The notes: a model not told the origin generated them from the letters alone. 64,000 bases of DNA from Antedon mediterranea (GCF_964355755.1 NC_092675.1:28430912-28494911); one strand, 5' to 3'; shown: positions 14,358 to 30,352, numbered from the stretch's first letter. Numbers and translations are program-made.

Positions 14358-16550
14358 TGCAAATCGGTATAATATTGCAAATCGGCAGCCGGAAATGAAA
14401 TAAGATGCATTAAATAGAATAAAATAAAACACACATTTTACAAAATACATTGAAACACATAGCAATGTAAAAGAAAAAATTAAAATAGTCAAATAGCAAG
14501 TCCTAACCAAAAAAATGAAAACAACCAGAATTTATAATGAAGTATTGGCCTATTGCATCTTGCATCTTGAAATCAAGATCAAAATAATTACATTCAGTAC
14601 AATAACCGACAAACGAAATCGAGCACTTCTTTAAATGGTTCCATTTTTACTCCTATCCCATTAAAGCAATTATCTTGAAATATTAAACATATGATTGAAA
14701 CTGTCAAAATGAGTTGGAAATACTAATCATTGAAACGGGTATACTGGTAATAATCCAAAACCACCAACATGACAGGAAATTTAATTAATATATCTGTTAT
14801 CATTGTTTAGCTTAATATCGGGCCTTTGGGTTTAGATGTCAGAAAAAAAATAATTAATTACATCTTTCAAATGAATACGGTACTACATTTTACCGAAAAG
14901 AGAGATTATAACCTAAAAAGAATTTTTGTTTTAGAAACAATGTTAGGGCCTATATTTAAACATGATTTTAAAATTATATCTTTTTTAAAGGGCCTATTTT
15001 ACAAATGTACGGACCGGACCGAAAAAGCATATTGTATAGGAATAAAAAATAAGTAGGCCCGTGTTATTATTATTATAGGCCTAAATGACATTATTAACAA
15101 TATAAATCACGATAGGCTAGCTGCCAACAGTTACTAAGACTATAACTTGCATTAGTGTTGAACTGGCGATAGAGAACGTGAGAAACACACATCTTGTCCA
15201 TGCCAGAAATCATGTTACATGTAACATTGCCATCAACTGAGCGTAGACATGTCCCCCCGGGGGAGTATATCACAGGAAGGATTTCTGATGTACTTCCTAA
15301 AACTTTTTTGAACACTACTAATCTACATACCTCCATCAAACGTATATTTCGTTTCTCATCAATGATAAGTTTAGCAAGATAATGAATGTTTCCGTTGTCT
15401 TGTGTTTAGGATCTGACTCAAAATTATTTCAAGTTTGAATTATATTCTTTCTACACAGCGGCAGATACCTTTCTTTTTTGTAGTACCTAAGTATCTCAAA
15501 CATATAAACATTTTTTCTTTAATTACGTTGACCACGTATTGGGATGATAAGTGTTTAAATGTAGGTGGTATGACATACTTCTGAAAGATGCGGTACACGT
15601 GTGGAATTTATGTTTAAACATTGCCTTTAGGATCAGGACATCACGGTTACTTTTAAAAATGTATGGTATTTTAATAACAAATGATTACAAAATGTATTAA
15701 TATCTTTTTGAACGTATTTTATTGTTTTTATTTTGGCCACGTGAACGAAATTTACATTTCACAACTTATAATTTGATAAATCTTTCTAGGCCTACTAAAG
15801 AAGATATACATGGTCAAATCAGATAAGCGTATTTTCATTCTTCCCTGGTTAAATCCATAAATAAATACTGTAAACTAAATTCCAAAATACAAGAGGAAAT
15901 ATAGTTTCTACGAGTTTGTATAAATCAACCGTATTATTACTCCATTCTTAACCAACCGTCGCGCGCTCTCGACTCGAAGTTTGCGTCGATTCGCCACACT
16001 TGCGCGCTGCACGCGATCACGTAATAAACGTGTATTCATTGTCAATACAAAACACATCCTGTTCTAGGTTACGATTATTCTAATAGCTTGATAATTTGAC
16101 TTTAATCTTTTACAACAACTTACTTCCGAATAGTTCAATTGCTAATGAAGCACAGTCGAACCCCAGTAATAAATCAAGTGCAGATTTATTTATTTCAATA
16201 TGCATGATATACGACTCATAATTGAGTTCTTATAAATATAACATTGTGCCACACGTCGCTCATTACTGTATTAGCCACTGTTCCAAACAACCACTGTGTT
16301 TCGCACGACTTTTCACACATAAAAACTAAAGCAAAACTTTTGCTTCATAAGTGTATACGTTCCTCAGGGAGGTTGTAGCTTACATCATTAAAGCATTCAA
16401 AAATTGTTAAATTTAATTATTATATTTTGAAACGTTTGTAAGCCTGTAGAATTGGAGAATGATATAGAGTGCGATTAAACAATTACTTTTCTATCAGTCG
16501 ATTCCATTTTAGCTTTTACCCAGCTGGTGTGGTTTCCATACTCGTCTCTG

Positions 16551-16660
16551 ATTGGTCGCATGGGACTTCTAGTTATGACGTTGAATATTTCTCGTAGGCC
16601 TACCCATTGCTTGTTGAAAATGCAATTATTATTTTAGCTATACACTATTGCTATATATCC
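16551..16660 (+). promoter_or_regulatory. Candidate core promoter of the BMP3-like gene
   Basis: Reverse CCAAT box (ATTGG, 16551-16555) and a TATA-like TATATA (16652-16657) about 100 bp apart, roughly 340 bp upstream of the ATG. Motif-level evidence only. Confidence 0.35.
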
Positions 16661-16997
16661 TCGCGAGTCGAGTCACCTGTGTTTTAACAAATGCGTTATT
16701 TTAAGTTCAAGCTTGCTACGGAAACGACGAGCAGTGTGGACTGACGAGGTAAGGCGGTCGTTTATCTGACATCCTTAAAGCAACTTTGGAAATAGTGTGG
16801 ATAGTATCCACTTGGATCCTTCAGTATTATTTTTGAGTTTGAACGCGTTACAGATGTTTACATTGGATTAAAGTTTTATTATAATACTTTTCAAAACGAT
16901 TTTCTAGATAGCTACGAAAAATAAAGCTTATCAGGATACTTTATACATTCATCTATTGTGTGTGACATAAAAAATACAAATTATCGTAATTGCAAAC

Positions 16998-17286
16998 ATG
17001 GTGATTGTGAAAGCGTGTGTGGTGTTTTTATTCACAACCATGATAGCCGCTGCAGAGTTTACGGCATTGCAGGAAATTCTCTCAGGAAAATCAGCGGTAA
17101 GCTCCAAGTCGGACGGCCTGTTTGCAAGCCTTCAGGCGAAAATCCCAGCAGACCCTGTTGGCCGATCAAGGAAAGACAAATCTAACAAACCACATCGCTA
17201 CATTCTACGGATATTGGAACCTCTCGTAAAAAACGATACGGCGCTAGAAAAAGGCAGTACCGTATACAGTTTTGCAGCCGAAAAAA
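16998..17286 (+). CDS. BMP3: BMP3/GDF10-like TGF-beta ligand, coding exon 1 (signal peptide and start of prodomain)
   Basis: Hydrophobic signal peptide MVIVKACVVFLFTTMIAAA. GSTVYSF resembles the BMP prodomain motif (G/A)NTVRSF. The exon ends at a GTAAGT donor (17287) in phase 1, matching the phase-1 acceptor at 44974/44975. Confidence 0.8.
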
Positions 17287-20200
17287 GTAAGTACAGTTAC
17301 TAACTATTAATAATTAATATTAATAAATTATACATATCTAATCAAATTGTAAAATCAATAGGCTGAGATATAATTTTAATGATAAAATAACGTTATTATT
17401 AATTTTAAAAGTGTTTCTAAGATCGTTTATTCATATTATGTGTTTCGGACAAAGCGTTAATTAAGGAGAAAAGTAACGGGCCTTTAAGGTCGCGAACTTG
17501 ACACAAGAAGGTGTGAAAAATATGTGACAACTTTTTGTAGTAATGATGTAAATGTGGTGTGAGCGCAATTAAAAACATGTATAGTATATAGTAGTAGTAT
17601 TTAGGCCCTATACCTGGCCTAAAATGAAGAACAATTTTCATTAAAGGAGAGGGGTGAGGCTTATGAGAGAGTTGTATTAGAAAAAGAAAAAAGGTAACAG
17701 AGTATAAAAATACATAATGCATACAATAAAGCTTTAAAGGGACAATACATGAAAATTAAATGAGCACCAACTTTTTAATTAGACCTACTATTGTCAGGTT
17801 ATAAGGGGTAGTATTTCGTTATTGGGTAACCATTGCTAGCTATGATGACCACGCCTATGCCAGAGACTGAACTGATAATAAATATGTAATTGCATTATAG
17901 ATGCAAAGAACTGAAACTATTTAAATACAGATGTTTTCAAATTATTTAAACTGCATTTAATTATTTCCGGTATCTATGGACTGTCATTGGTGTAAAGATT
18001 GTTTGACAACAGTACAGGGCATGGTTAAAAGGGGAGTGACATGATAAATTGAAAGATTTAAGTGGTCACGTATAATGTATTTGAAATGTAGGAACTTTGA
18101 AATAAATGGATATTTGTTTCCCAAGAGGGTTACTTTTCCTTTGCTCGGTATATTCGGTAAATCCCGGAATAAAGTGCTCCCGTAGCGATACACTTGAGTG
18201 CCAAACATCACGATTTATGTCGGATTACACCTGATCCAGGTGGAAACGAACTATATAGTTTTTAATCGGTTACTCCGAACAACATTTAAATTCATTATAG
18301 ATTTTAAAATCAATTGCTTCTAGATAATACTTCATAAAAGGGCATAGATTAATATATCAAATTGACCTCGTCCCATGAATCGAAATATTCACGTACCATC
18401 AATGTTGCATACGGTTCCATGATTAAATGAAACACAAAATGATTATATTCGATTACGCCTTTAATATTATCAAAATCGTGCCTACATTAAAGTGCGTTTA
18501 CATACATTTTGTTTGTTTCCTAAATAAAAATAAATAAAAATAAAATATACCAATTTGCGATCACGGCATTTTGGTGCTACAGGATTTTGAGCTGGTGTTA
18601 AGGAGCAATTACTCAACATTTTAGACCATTGGAAATCGTTTGTTTTACATAGAAGCCAAAGTATAACGTGTCACACGTAAATGTAGGCCTATCATCATTT
18701 TTTCAAAACTATTTCTGGTTTGAAGTTCTGGCAAAATATGAATTTTACAATAATAATTTTGCTTCTTTGTATAAAGTTTGTTTTTTGAAAAAAATGTGAA
18801 ACCACTTTCCATGGATATGATGAAACTTGAACCTAATTTACATAATGTATAAGAAATATTTGACCAATATCATACGATGGGTCATCCAAGCTACGTGGAA
18901 ATGTGCTGACTCGTATGGCCACATGTAAACGAACCAAAACAACACGAAAGTAATTTTTAGTCATTATCGGATCTAAATTTATCGATTTTCAATTGATTAA
19001 TAATATTTAAAATGGTTGAATCATGAAACGATTAGTTCCCATCAGTCTGAAAAGTAAAAAATGAGTAAAAATATGGTCTATCAGGCTTCACGTGAAATGT
19101 TTGTTTGTGTTAAGTGGAGTTCGTGCAGTGAAAATGTGTGATAACTAACGATATCTGGTACTTGATTTAGATCTAATTATAGGCTTGATTAAGACATTAT
19201 TTGTCACACGACCGACAGACAGATTTAGCCGCGCCTCTTACCGCCCCACTAAGCCCTAGGCTAACAACTCAAACCATTTCTAATTGTCTTTATCCTTATT
19301 AAACTACTGTATAACTGGAGTAGACACACATTTTATCTTGGGGTTGAGGACATAAAAGTTTAAATAAAGTTCGCAAGAATTATTATATTTTAATTATTTT
19401 TTAATATTTTGTAGTATGTGTTCCTAATAATAGGTTGACATGTAAACATAACGTTTCGATAGTTAGTTGCTGTCGATGCTGTATCTAATGTATCCAGTAT
19501 CACATGCAAATTCCATCATCTTATGTGTTTCACATGTGAAGCCTTTGAGCATATCCACATCCTTAACTCAACCTTCCATGATACAGACAACATGTAATAA
19601 AAGCCTATTGGACAAATATTGTCAAATCGGTCAGGATTATATCACTTATCGATACAATTTGCATCGATTTAATCATACCTCATAATGCAATTAATTTACT
19701 CATAATTTACTTGTTAAGGTATTAATATTAATCCGTTATAACGGTTTATTATTATTATTATCAATGGATTTCAATGATTAACTTATTGACAGTGGTCACT
19801 TAGGTCAATACTTTGTTTCCATGTTTTCGTCATTTGGGGATTTTAATTGTTAAATCTATTAAAAAGCACTTTTAGCAACAACTTGGAAGTACTCAGTAGT
19901 AATACAGGATTATGGAGCTCAATTACAGATTGTTTATTTACAAATAATTATTTAGAAATTAAAGCCAAAACGTATATTATTTTTAACCTAAATTGTGGGC
20001 TATATATGGAATATTACTGTAATAGACCTAATTATTTCCATTAAGGAAACTTCTGTACCATAATCATCATCTTTAATTGGTCAAAACTAAGGCCTAGAGA
20101 CAGCTTCTTGATTTCTTACTAGCCTACATTATTTTTCATTAATTGATTGTTTAAAACAAAGAATATAACTGTGTCAAAATACAATATGAGTTATTGACAT

Positions 20201-20656
20201 TTTATCTTCAAAATTCACAATAATTAAGATTTATGGTTTTTGTTTCTATTCATGATATTAAACATCGGATTGCTTGTTATTTATATTAAACTTTATTCGT
20301 TCGAAAGTAGCTAACGATGCTCTATCGTCTTTTTGTCAAATCACCAACTACCAACCCTCGGGCCATCTATGAACTAGACCACAATGACATACTATTAATT
20401 TAAACCTCGAAATATGCAAAATCACACCAATTTTAAAGGAAGAAATATACTCAAATGTCAAGTAATTTTATAGATACGATTTTAGATGAATAAGCAGGCA
20501 TGTTTAACGACGATGATAAGGCGTATTGATAAATACCCTTCCAATTCCTTTATGCACTTTTAAAGTAGGCCTATTGCTAAAGAACTCTAACAATTTTAAA
20601 GATACTCGAGTCGGAAGCTCAACCAGTTCCAAAGAGGCCTATAAACATGGTCTTAA

Positions 20657-21204
20657 AGATGTATTGTCCCTTTGACTAATTCCAAAAAAATAAAAAATAA
20701 AAGATTTTGAAAAAAGGTGGCTCATTTTGAAGTATCATAATAATTATTAACTATCACCAAAAAATTTTCGAAAAAAAAAATCATTTAACTGAAATACAGA
20801 CGTTGTTTTTGTTAAAAAAATAACTTTGACTTCCAGTCAAAGTTTTCGATAAAAACATATGCCATAATGAAACGCGCTTGTTAGGCTACTCTGTATCCAT
20901 AATAATAAAACTTCCTTATGATCCGTGTGAAAATACCTTCTCAACCGTGACAAGTTGTAATCAATCCTAATTAACGTATGCATAATGCGTACTCATGGTT
21001 TGAAATCTTTGTTTACTTTTGCTTGCGATGATTTTCTAGATGAAATGTAATCAAACTAATTTACCTGTTAATTACGTAAACTTGTTGTTTTTAGCTCGAA
21101 TTTTCGACTTAAAGTGAATAACTTTAATATTACTTTGATATGGCCACTTTAAATTTAGAATATTTTGACCTTCATTTTTTTGTGTTTCAAGGGACAATAC
21201 ATCT
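20657..21204. mobile_element. Non-autonomous DNA transposon with TTAA TSD (Kolobok-like)
   Basis: 16-bp TIR AGATGTATTGTCCCTT / AAGGGACAATACATCT with TTAA on both sides. AG termini favour Kolobok over piggyBac (CC). Confidence 0.8.
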
Positions 21205-22683
21205 TTAAGAATTAATCATAAGATAAGAAACAAGACAAACCAAATCCCTCTTTGAGATTTCAAATTAGTTGGAATGTTAAGGAGTAGGCCTACTAGCCAT
21301 TTTACATGGATGAAATCGAAGATGTTCTTTCTTATAGAGAAAGTTTCCATTAAGTTATATTTATACAGCGACGTCAAACATTCTTTCAGACTTACTTTAC
21401 AATTTCCAAATTCCAGATAATTTAGAAAATATTGTTTAAGATTTTTTGAAACAAATCTTAAAAATGGAATCATTCAACAAGCAATGCTGAATTCCTAAAT
21501 CTTGATCTATTTACAGATTTTAATTCGTTTATAATATTAAAATAATACGATTATCCAATAACAGTTCTCAGCTTCCCACTGAGTATCTGATTTGATTTCT
21601 ACTGTTTTTGACCGATTTTAGGAGACAATCTTTTTTATTTTAGAAATTTGATATTTTCTTATGTTTTAACCACCTGATACAGCAACGCTATTTAATGAGA
21701 TTTACAATTATAATAATATGAGTACTCTGAAAATAGCAACATTCAAATGTTTCTTTTTAAGGTGTTTATCTTTGAATCTTGGACCTGTCAGCCTGTGCTC
21801 AGCAAGTCAACATTTCACGTGGCGCTAGCCCAGTGAACCTATTTGAAAAAGGTCATTAGTAAAACTAACATTAGTGTAAATTCACATTTTTGTATATCGC
21901 CATCAGCGAGTGGTTTTATCTTTCCGTGTAGTTCATCATATATACTTCTGTAGGTCGTTATATACTTGTAACAATGCGTGTTAATAGGCTACATAACATA
22001 TTCAAGTTCATTATATTCCCAGCGATGCATTTGCCTGCGGCTAGATATTGAGCAAATACCGAGGGTGCAGTATTTACACAGAATGGAACACCAACCGAGA
22101 TTCAAGCCAATGCGGGTTACTCTAGTTAAATTGTGTAGAAAAGTCTATAGAAAGATTAAATTGTCACGAGAGAGGCCTGAAGGGTGTTAAAGAATGGATT
22201 AATGAATGGATGAAATAAATACATGTAACAGAAGAAAATTACTACAAATATATTACAACTAAACGTGATGTGTTAAACTGGCAAAAGTGTCATTGCGTGA
22301 GAAATCATAACAGTTTTAAGTAACTTTTGAGAGAATATTCTTAAAAACTTGTACAGGAAGTTACGTGTCAGAATATGAACTGCAGTAGCCAACTATAATA
22401 AAAGTTGTTGTCTATAAGGTTAGTGACCCTTAGACCTATTAATAATAATTTAAATAAACAATAATAAGATTAAGCTTTCAAATTAAAGTCCTAAACCATG
22501 GAATTTATTAGGTCCATGTTAAGGAGAATTTACCCTTAATCTTATAAACCATACAAAATTGATTATTGAATTACATAATCATAAGATCTATGTATATGCT
22601 GATGTAATGATACCAAATGTTCTATATTGTATTGAGTGTATTGTGGCCGGTGGTAGGGAACATGTGTGTACGCCCTTTTAACA

Positions 22684-22903
22684 TTGGTTCTCATAGACCA
22701 AACGCAAGCGAGTTAACCAATCATAAGCGACATTTCGGATGATCCTTCAAATCACTTGCGTTGCGCTTATGTCCTTGCGAGTGAGAACCAAGAATTAAGC
22801 TTGAATATAGGAGTTGACCAATCACAAACGACAGCTTGAAAGGTACACGCGGGTAAATTACTTGCAGCGCGCGCTTTATTTTGCGTCCGAGTGGAAATCA
22901 AGT
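22684..22903. mobile_element. Two adjacent degenerate family A MITEs
   Basis: TTGGTTCTCA...AACCAATCATAAGCGA...GTGAGAACCAAG followed by a second TTGACCAATCACAA...GTGGAAATCAAG unit. Confidence 0.5.
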
Positions 22904-25900
22904 TTGTGACGCGTCAAATTCATTCGTATACAGATACACTTAATGTATTTTGTATCGTAAAGCTATGATGGGCATTTCTGCATTCTATACCAACATTTAA
23001 ATAATATAATATAATTCAGTTATTATGATAATTTTACATAATGTCTTAATGCAGGCGGTATATCGTGTGTATGAATATTAATGCAAATGAACCTAAGGGT
23101 ATATCGAGCATACAACCTTAATAACAAATGTAATTATTCACTTCAAACACAATTATGTCGGAAAAATGTCGGCACCCTGGAACAGATACATTAGTCCTAG
23201 ACCTGTAGTCTATAATCGAACGCCATCAAATTCAGTAGGCCTACATTTAGTGCATTCATGTGTACCCCGAACATGAATTATAATATCAGGAAAAAGTAAA
23301 ACATATCAACAGTAACTTTTTTTTAACTTGTGATTAAAACGATTAGGCCTACTTGTTTTTTGTTTGTTGTCTGTCTTCATTTCACGCTTAAAGTGTTCTT
23401 CTGAACTTTACTACGCATGTTAGCATTGATAGCAATGATTAAATTATTATAGACTCGAAAGTACCGCCGTAAACAAGATTATTATTATGCTTCCTGCTGC
23501 TCTTTCTGTTCTTAATTCTTGAAAAACAATATATTACTATCTTGTCATTTAGTTTACAGAAAACTAAGACTATTTCGGACTTATACAGTATACATTATAA
23601 TTTTTTTATTTTTTTTTTTTAATGTTGTGTCTTTTTTTGAAAAATTATTTCTAAATTTACTTATTTCTACTACATTTTCAAAATTGATTTTTAAATTTTA
23701 TTGTGCATAGTGTATTCTGTTTTTTATTACCTAACATTTTGCTAAATATTGTTTTATAAACGTTTTTTTTTAAATATTTATTTTCTTTTCTGCATGTCAT
23801 GCTCTTTTCATTGTTTTTTTACATTATTATGTTATTTCATTTTTATACTAGTATATTTATTTGGACAATAAATGAATGGTTATGAGTATAGTAATGATAA
23901 TAGGGCCTAATGCTTATATGAAAAAAAAAGTATCAAGAGAGATCTTCGTAATGTCAAGCAACCATGCATGTGATTGTGATCCTTAATAAACCTATTTCTT
24001 CAATTACTTAACTCTGTAACTTCGGTTTCATAAATACAGATATCATAGATAAATATGCGGTGTATTTCTTTGTTACATATTCATAAAAATATTGATTAGG
24101 ATTGATTAACAGCGGGATGCCTATGAACTGGATATGATCAGTGCCCTATATCAGCGGGTTATCAATCTTAGTTAGAAATATCTTAATATCTTACCATAGA
24201 TTGAACTCAATAAGACCTGAAGACAAACGAATTTCAAACGACACCGTAGCCTCCAGACTCAGTCAGTGATATAACTACAATATATTCCTAACTAGTCTAA
24301 TTCCATTAAAGAAATATATTTCATGAAACTGTACACGTTTCGACAAGACGTTATGTTAGCTATTTTTGTTGAAAATTCAATTAGTTAAGAGTTTTATTTC
24401 CAGTTTCACCCTTTCAGTATAACATATATCATTTTTATTGACTACTTGCTTCTATTTTGTAATTGATGTAAATGTTTTAAGGGTTTTGTGTATATTAGCG
24501 TTATCCTTTCTATAAATAAACAAAGAAATTAAAAAGCAATGGTAAATTTACAAGACCTTTTTATTTAGTTGTTGAATTGCACACACAAAATGCGATGGGG
24601 TCTATTAAAAAAAAAAACATAAAATGTTGAAAAAAAATTTTTTTTTTAATACGAAACTAGCATATCTAGACCGCAAATTCATATTTAATTTATTTGTTTC
24701 CTGAAAATAGTGATTTTTTTGTATAATAACCTACAGTGTTAATTCATTTTAAGAGAGTAGGCCTATATAATTTTATTATCACTGGCCTTCAGTAAAATCG
24801 TATTTTGTTGTTTTCTTAAGAAACAAACGTTTGATAATTGTATTTCATGGTCTGTGGACTTCAACATTTTATTTGCGTCAATTTTTAATTAATAAATACC
24901 AAGGTCAATGAATATTCTTAACCAAGCAGCTAAATATTAAAAACATAATTGGCATTTTAAAATATAAATAATATACAACAGTTTGATGTAAACATGAGCC
25001 TCAATTTAATGACAAAGAATTGATAATTTTAAGAGAGTGACTTAGAAAGAAAGTACATAACGTTTAAACTAATGCAGACATCTAAATATATCTGAAATGT
25101 TTAATATCATGAATCCGCAATAATATTTAAAAAAGAAAGGGAATGTATCCTACATACGTAAACTAAAATGAGTTGACATAAATATAAAACATTATAATTA
25201 TTTAGTTATTACGTAGTTATATCATTTTAAAGTTGAAATATGTTTATATATAATATTATATTATTGTATATATAATACGTTTAGAATAGTCTGTATAGTT
25301 GGAATATGAGAAATAGCAGGTTTTTGTCAAATAAAATGCACAAACAACTAGTTATTCTTCTGCTTAAAGCATACAGTAATTATATAATATCAAAATATAG
25401 CAGATAATTGAGAAATACTATTTTCTGCACTGTAGGCTTACATCATAAAAGAATTATTATTATATTATTATAAATGTTGATATAGGCCATTTCTGTTTAT
25501 ACTATCACAAATGTGTTAAGCAAAATAGATACTGTACAAATTGTTGGATGTTAGGTTGCAGGGGTTACCAGGATGTTTTGAGATTATTTAATCGAAAATC
25601 ATAACATAGGCCTAAATACATTTAGCAACAGTTACTAAAATCTTGGTGGCAAACAGCGTTAGTTTGATTTGTAATATTTGATCATGCAGTGATAATCAAC
25701 ATCAACCTCTTCAAATAATCAGAGAGCCTCCAAACCTGCAGAGATGCATTACTACCGCCAGGTGGACTCTACTGCTTTAGAGGAAATGATCTCTAGAGCT
25801 TGGCAATGAAATTTCGGCAGATCTGCTCCATAACCTCTGGGTCAACTTTACAATTTAATAAAGCGTCTCTAACAGATGTTACAGGCTAGTTACCCTGTTG

Positions 25901-28900
25901 CTTAGTGTCAGCTTTCATTAAAAGAATCACCGATAAAAAATGAATCTATGGAGTATGATTAATATATTTTGACAATCACAATGTAACAAGTTACGAAAAA
26001 GTCATCTTGTTAAAAAAGTTCAAAAGCACGCTCGCGGCTTTGGAGCTGCGTAAGACCACTCAGCGACTCTCATAATTGAAATTCCTGTCTTTTATAGCGG
26101 ACATCATATCATCATTACAACTATTACAAGTAAAGGGCATACTGAGATTATCGGCAGGTTTCCAAAAGTGTGTAATTCTTTCTAAAGGTATGAATCATGA
26201 TGATGGCCGAGGAAACGAGTGTTTTATCGCGTAACTTACTTCACTATCCCAGAGGAGGCAACACTATAGAGAGATACTACAAATTGTTACCTAAATTCAC
26301 TTTGTCCATAAACAAAAGAGTTTTACTATTAATAAAGTTTTTTTTTTTTACGCGTTGAGAAAATATTTTCTAATATGGCATTTACAGATTTATGATTTTC
26401 CCTTAACGTATTAATAATGTCCTAAAAGACTAATACATTTTTACCTAATGCTGTTTCTTCAAACCGAAACACTTTTGAATAACATGATATTTTCTTACGC
26501 ATTGTTAAGTAAATTTGATCAAAATAGCTTTTCCCCAAGCCAATTTAGATATTGAATAAAGCAAGTAAAAAGCATCAAACCTTCTTTATGTTGACATTTA
26601 CCTTTATCGGGTTAAATTTAACTAGAATTAAATATAATTCGCCAAAGTTATAATGAAGGTAAAAAAATGAGAGTCTTAAATTATTTATAGAACTTGTTAG
26701 CAAGAAACCGTCAGGTAATGGATAGCAAAACAAGTCTAAGTATCACAAAATTAATATAGTTTCATTAAATACCAATATTCTGCTTTCAATCAAATTGGTT
26801 CAGCGTACTTCTTTCAGTTTCGCTTTTAGTTATCAGTCTGTGTAAGTATAACACCAGTTCTGTCAAGATAGAAAATACTTTCTTGTTGGTTAAACATTAA
26901 ATGCCCCTCCTCCCCTGCCTCTAAATAAGACAGAACAATCAAATAGATAGAAAATTATGTTAATTCATGAAGAAACCTTTAAGTTCAGGCCATTTTTACA
27001 ATTTGTCAAAATCCTGGTTCCGTACACGAATTTTTGATGCGAGTTCAAATGAGTGTTGAAGCACGACGTATGTATCAACTATATGTGACTCTTCTCGTAG
27101 TGTACTTTGATAACATTACTAGGGAATCAATTTCTGTTTGTATATCTATTACGGCTATTAGTATCTAATGGCCTGAAAGTTTGTCAACGAACGCCTGGGG
27201 ATTCTGACTTTAGGATCATCGTTCGATTGATCCAAATACTCTTTAGTTTTGTAGTTGGCTAATGATTTTAAAATAATGTATGGTAATCTGTGATTACGTT
27301 AAAATGCAAGCCTTGATAAATACATCCGATGGCTTTATTTCATCAATTATCAACTATTTAATTTGGAACTTTAACTCGACAAAAAACGTTTATTAAAAAA
27401 GTGTTTATTATGCGCATGCGCTACACAATATTCCACATGCATGAACATAATTATTTGACTTTGAGAAATCTAACAATTTAATAATCATCACCTCTTCCAT
27501 AAATTTTAGTTTGTTAATGTTATTTTATGTCATCATATCGCTTGGAACTAAAATACGATGAATTTTAAAATAAAAAAATATTCTGTGTAAAATTCAATCT
27601 TGTTTAACCCAATCATGACAAACCCTACCGGGCCGTAAGCATTATTTTTTCCTATGAGGTTAAGGCAGAAATCGTGAATAATTCATTACATTAATTATTT
27701 TATTTTTTTATATAAAAAATGTATTGTTATTATTGCATTATTAATTATGTTTGCTGCTTTTTTTTCTTTTCAATCTCTTTCGTATTTTAAAGAATTCAGT
27801 ATCTTTTAATTATTGGTAAACATATTATTAAAAATAATTGATAATTTTTCTGAATTCCTCATGGATGTGTGCGACTATTTCCTGATTTCACTGTTTTTAA
27901 TTGTCACTGTCTTCAATTATTGTATTTTAAATGAAGATATTATAACTGCAATAAGTGATATCGTATCGTCTATAACGTGGATGGGTGTGATAAGAAAGTA
28001 ACAGGCGATCAAAAATAACCATCCACTTTGTTTTCCCATTCTAAACTATCTAATTTCTTCGTTTTGTGATTCCACCTGTTTTGCGGTAAAATTAAATTTT
28101 TTTACTTAAGAAAAGTCAGATTAATGTAATTAAGTAATTATTCGAACATGATCTCCAAGTACCTGGATAATTTAAAATACACATTAATTTGTTTAAATTT
28201 GCACCTGTTGCTGAAGAGGACTGTTACGTTTTCTTGTTTCCTGCGTTTGTTTGAAGTGACACGGGCTTAAGATGATTCATTCAACAGGCCTACATAATTT
28301 TAAATTCGATTTTCATTTTTTTGTTCCAAAGTGTATATATATATATATAATATTTGTTTAATAGGCATACATATTGGATTGTCATTATTCTGCATATTAC
28401 TCTGCATAGATACAGGATTCCTAGTCTATATTCTATTTCTGTAGCGTTTTCGTGGTAGTTTTGCCAAAAGATCAGAACCATTTAACTTGTTACTACTTCG
28501 CAGCAACCTTTGTTTTGTTGTTCTGTGTTTATATATCTATAGATTTGTTTCAATGGGCCTGTTAGTGGATAGCTGGTATCGGACGGTAGTCTTATCCACC
28601 AAAGTTGTGTTGGAATTGTATGTTGTGCCAAAAAATCAACCTATATCAACCTAATCTCCTGAGCACACTGCTCGTTCCGGGACAATGTAATCGAAGTATC
28701 CCGAATTTAAACTTACTTGGAGACGAGCTATGTGACTGTGACGTCATCAATTGTACTTTTGAACAATTTAATTTTTTTTCCCGAACTTTTTATGTTAAAC
28801 AGAATACCAGAAAAATATATTTATAATTTTTGATAAATATTGCTAATTATTGTTACATTGGGGTTGAAAACCACGACTGAGTTTTCTAATTTTTTTATAA

Positions 28901-29979
28901 TTTGGACTCATACATTGCGCGTGTATTAATTTATTTCGGACATGAATTCAATACAATAAATTAAGATACTACTAGTCATTGGGCTTGTAAATATATATAA
29001 CATCCTTCTATTTTATTAAAGGAAACATTATCGTGGGGTTGATGACTTTTAAAGACAAATCAGTAGTAAATGTCGTGATAAGTTTACGAAGTAATCGGCA
29101 AACCGTTGACCTCAAGTTGTATGTAAACCACGTCCAGGATTGAGACCCCACATTTTCAGACGGGGTGGTGCCTTGAATGTTGATGGAGCCACACTTTCAA
29201 CCGCTTTACAACATTTTATTTAATTCACCTACATTTGTCTGTTAGAATTTGATATAAGAATAATTGTTCAAGGTTTTAATCAATTATTCAATCTGTCATG
29301 TTTTTGTAAAGTTTTTACTTGTTTCAATATTTGAATCACTTTTTAAAAGGCACATATGGAATGTGTTTACATGTGATATGATCCACATCTCCGATTGAAG
29401 TTGAATGTGAGTACATTAGGCCTACGCCTGTATAAAGACTCATTTCCCCTATATTTACAGTCTACAATCTGCTGTTGATTTAACATTATAGAGGCAATGT
29501 GAAATAAAAAGTTAAAATATTGATACGACGGATAAACTTACCTTACTAACTTACCGTATGAACATTTGACTATATTTTTAATTAATGACCTATCTATGTT
29601 TGATTATGATTAGCTTTAGATCTTAAATATTGATACATTGAAGTGAAATTACTGCTAATTTTGTCTTAAACACATATAACCTATAATGTTCCGTAGACCT
29701 ACATTCTATAATTGAAATGTATTGTTCCTTCCCTTTTTAAAATGTGTAGAAATTAATTGAACTGGACGTTTCTTAGTAATCGAAAGTAACACAAAAATGA
29801 TATTAGGCCTATCTCTAAAGATCTTACAACAGCAGGGGAAAATACTAATACACAAACAAGCAATAGTGCAATTGAACTACAGTAGGTTATAAAAGAAATA
29901 CACGTAGGAGTGACCAGTCTAAAACGCAGTATTTGGATCAGTGGAGCAACGCAGAGGCTTGATTCCTCTGGAACCCAGA

Positions 29980-30158
29980 TGCGTGGTTCCCACTAGCGAC
30001 GCAACGCAAGGACGTAATGCAACGCAAGTGAATTGACCAATCACAAGCGATGGCTTATTCGATTGTGATTGCTAACTGTCTATAACTTCGCTTGTCATTG
30101 GTCAACACGCTTACGTTGCGTTTACGTCCTTGCGTTACGTTCTAGTGGGAACCAAGCT
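29980..30158. mobile_element. MITE family A, 179 bp
   Basis: TIR (A)GC(G/T)TGGTTCCCACTAG. Inverted near-identical copy of 30546..30724 and 41011..41189. Confidence 0.9.
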
Positions 30159-30161
30159 TAA

Positions 30162-30352
30162 AGGGCCTTTCACACCTGCTCCGGCACGGTTCCGGTCCGG
30201 CGACGGCAAATCCAATCGAACGTCAATGTTTCGTTTTTACGCGGCTACGCGCATATCGATTGGTGCTTGGCCGCGTGGAGCGTCGTGAAAACGAAACATT
30301 GGCGTTCGATTCGCCGGACCGGAACCGTGCCGGAACAGGTGTGAAAGGCCCT
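30162..30352. mobile_element. MITE family B, almost fully palindromic, 191 bp
   Basis: AGGGCCTTTCACACCTG(C/T)TCCGGCACGGTTCCGGTCCGGCGA mirrored at the other end, with TAA/TTA flanks. Second copy at 59643..59990. Confidence 0.9.
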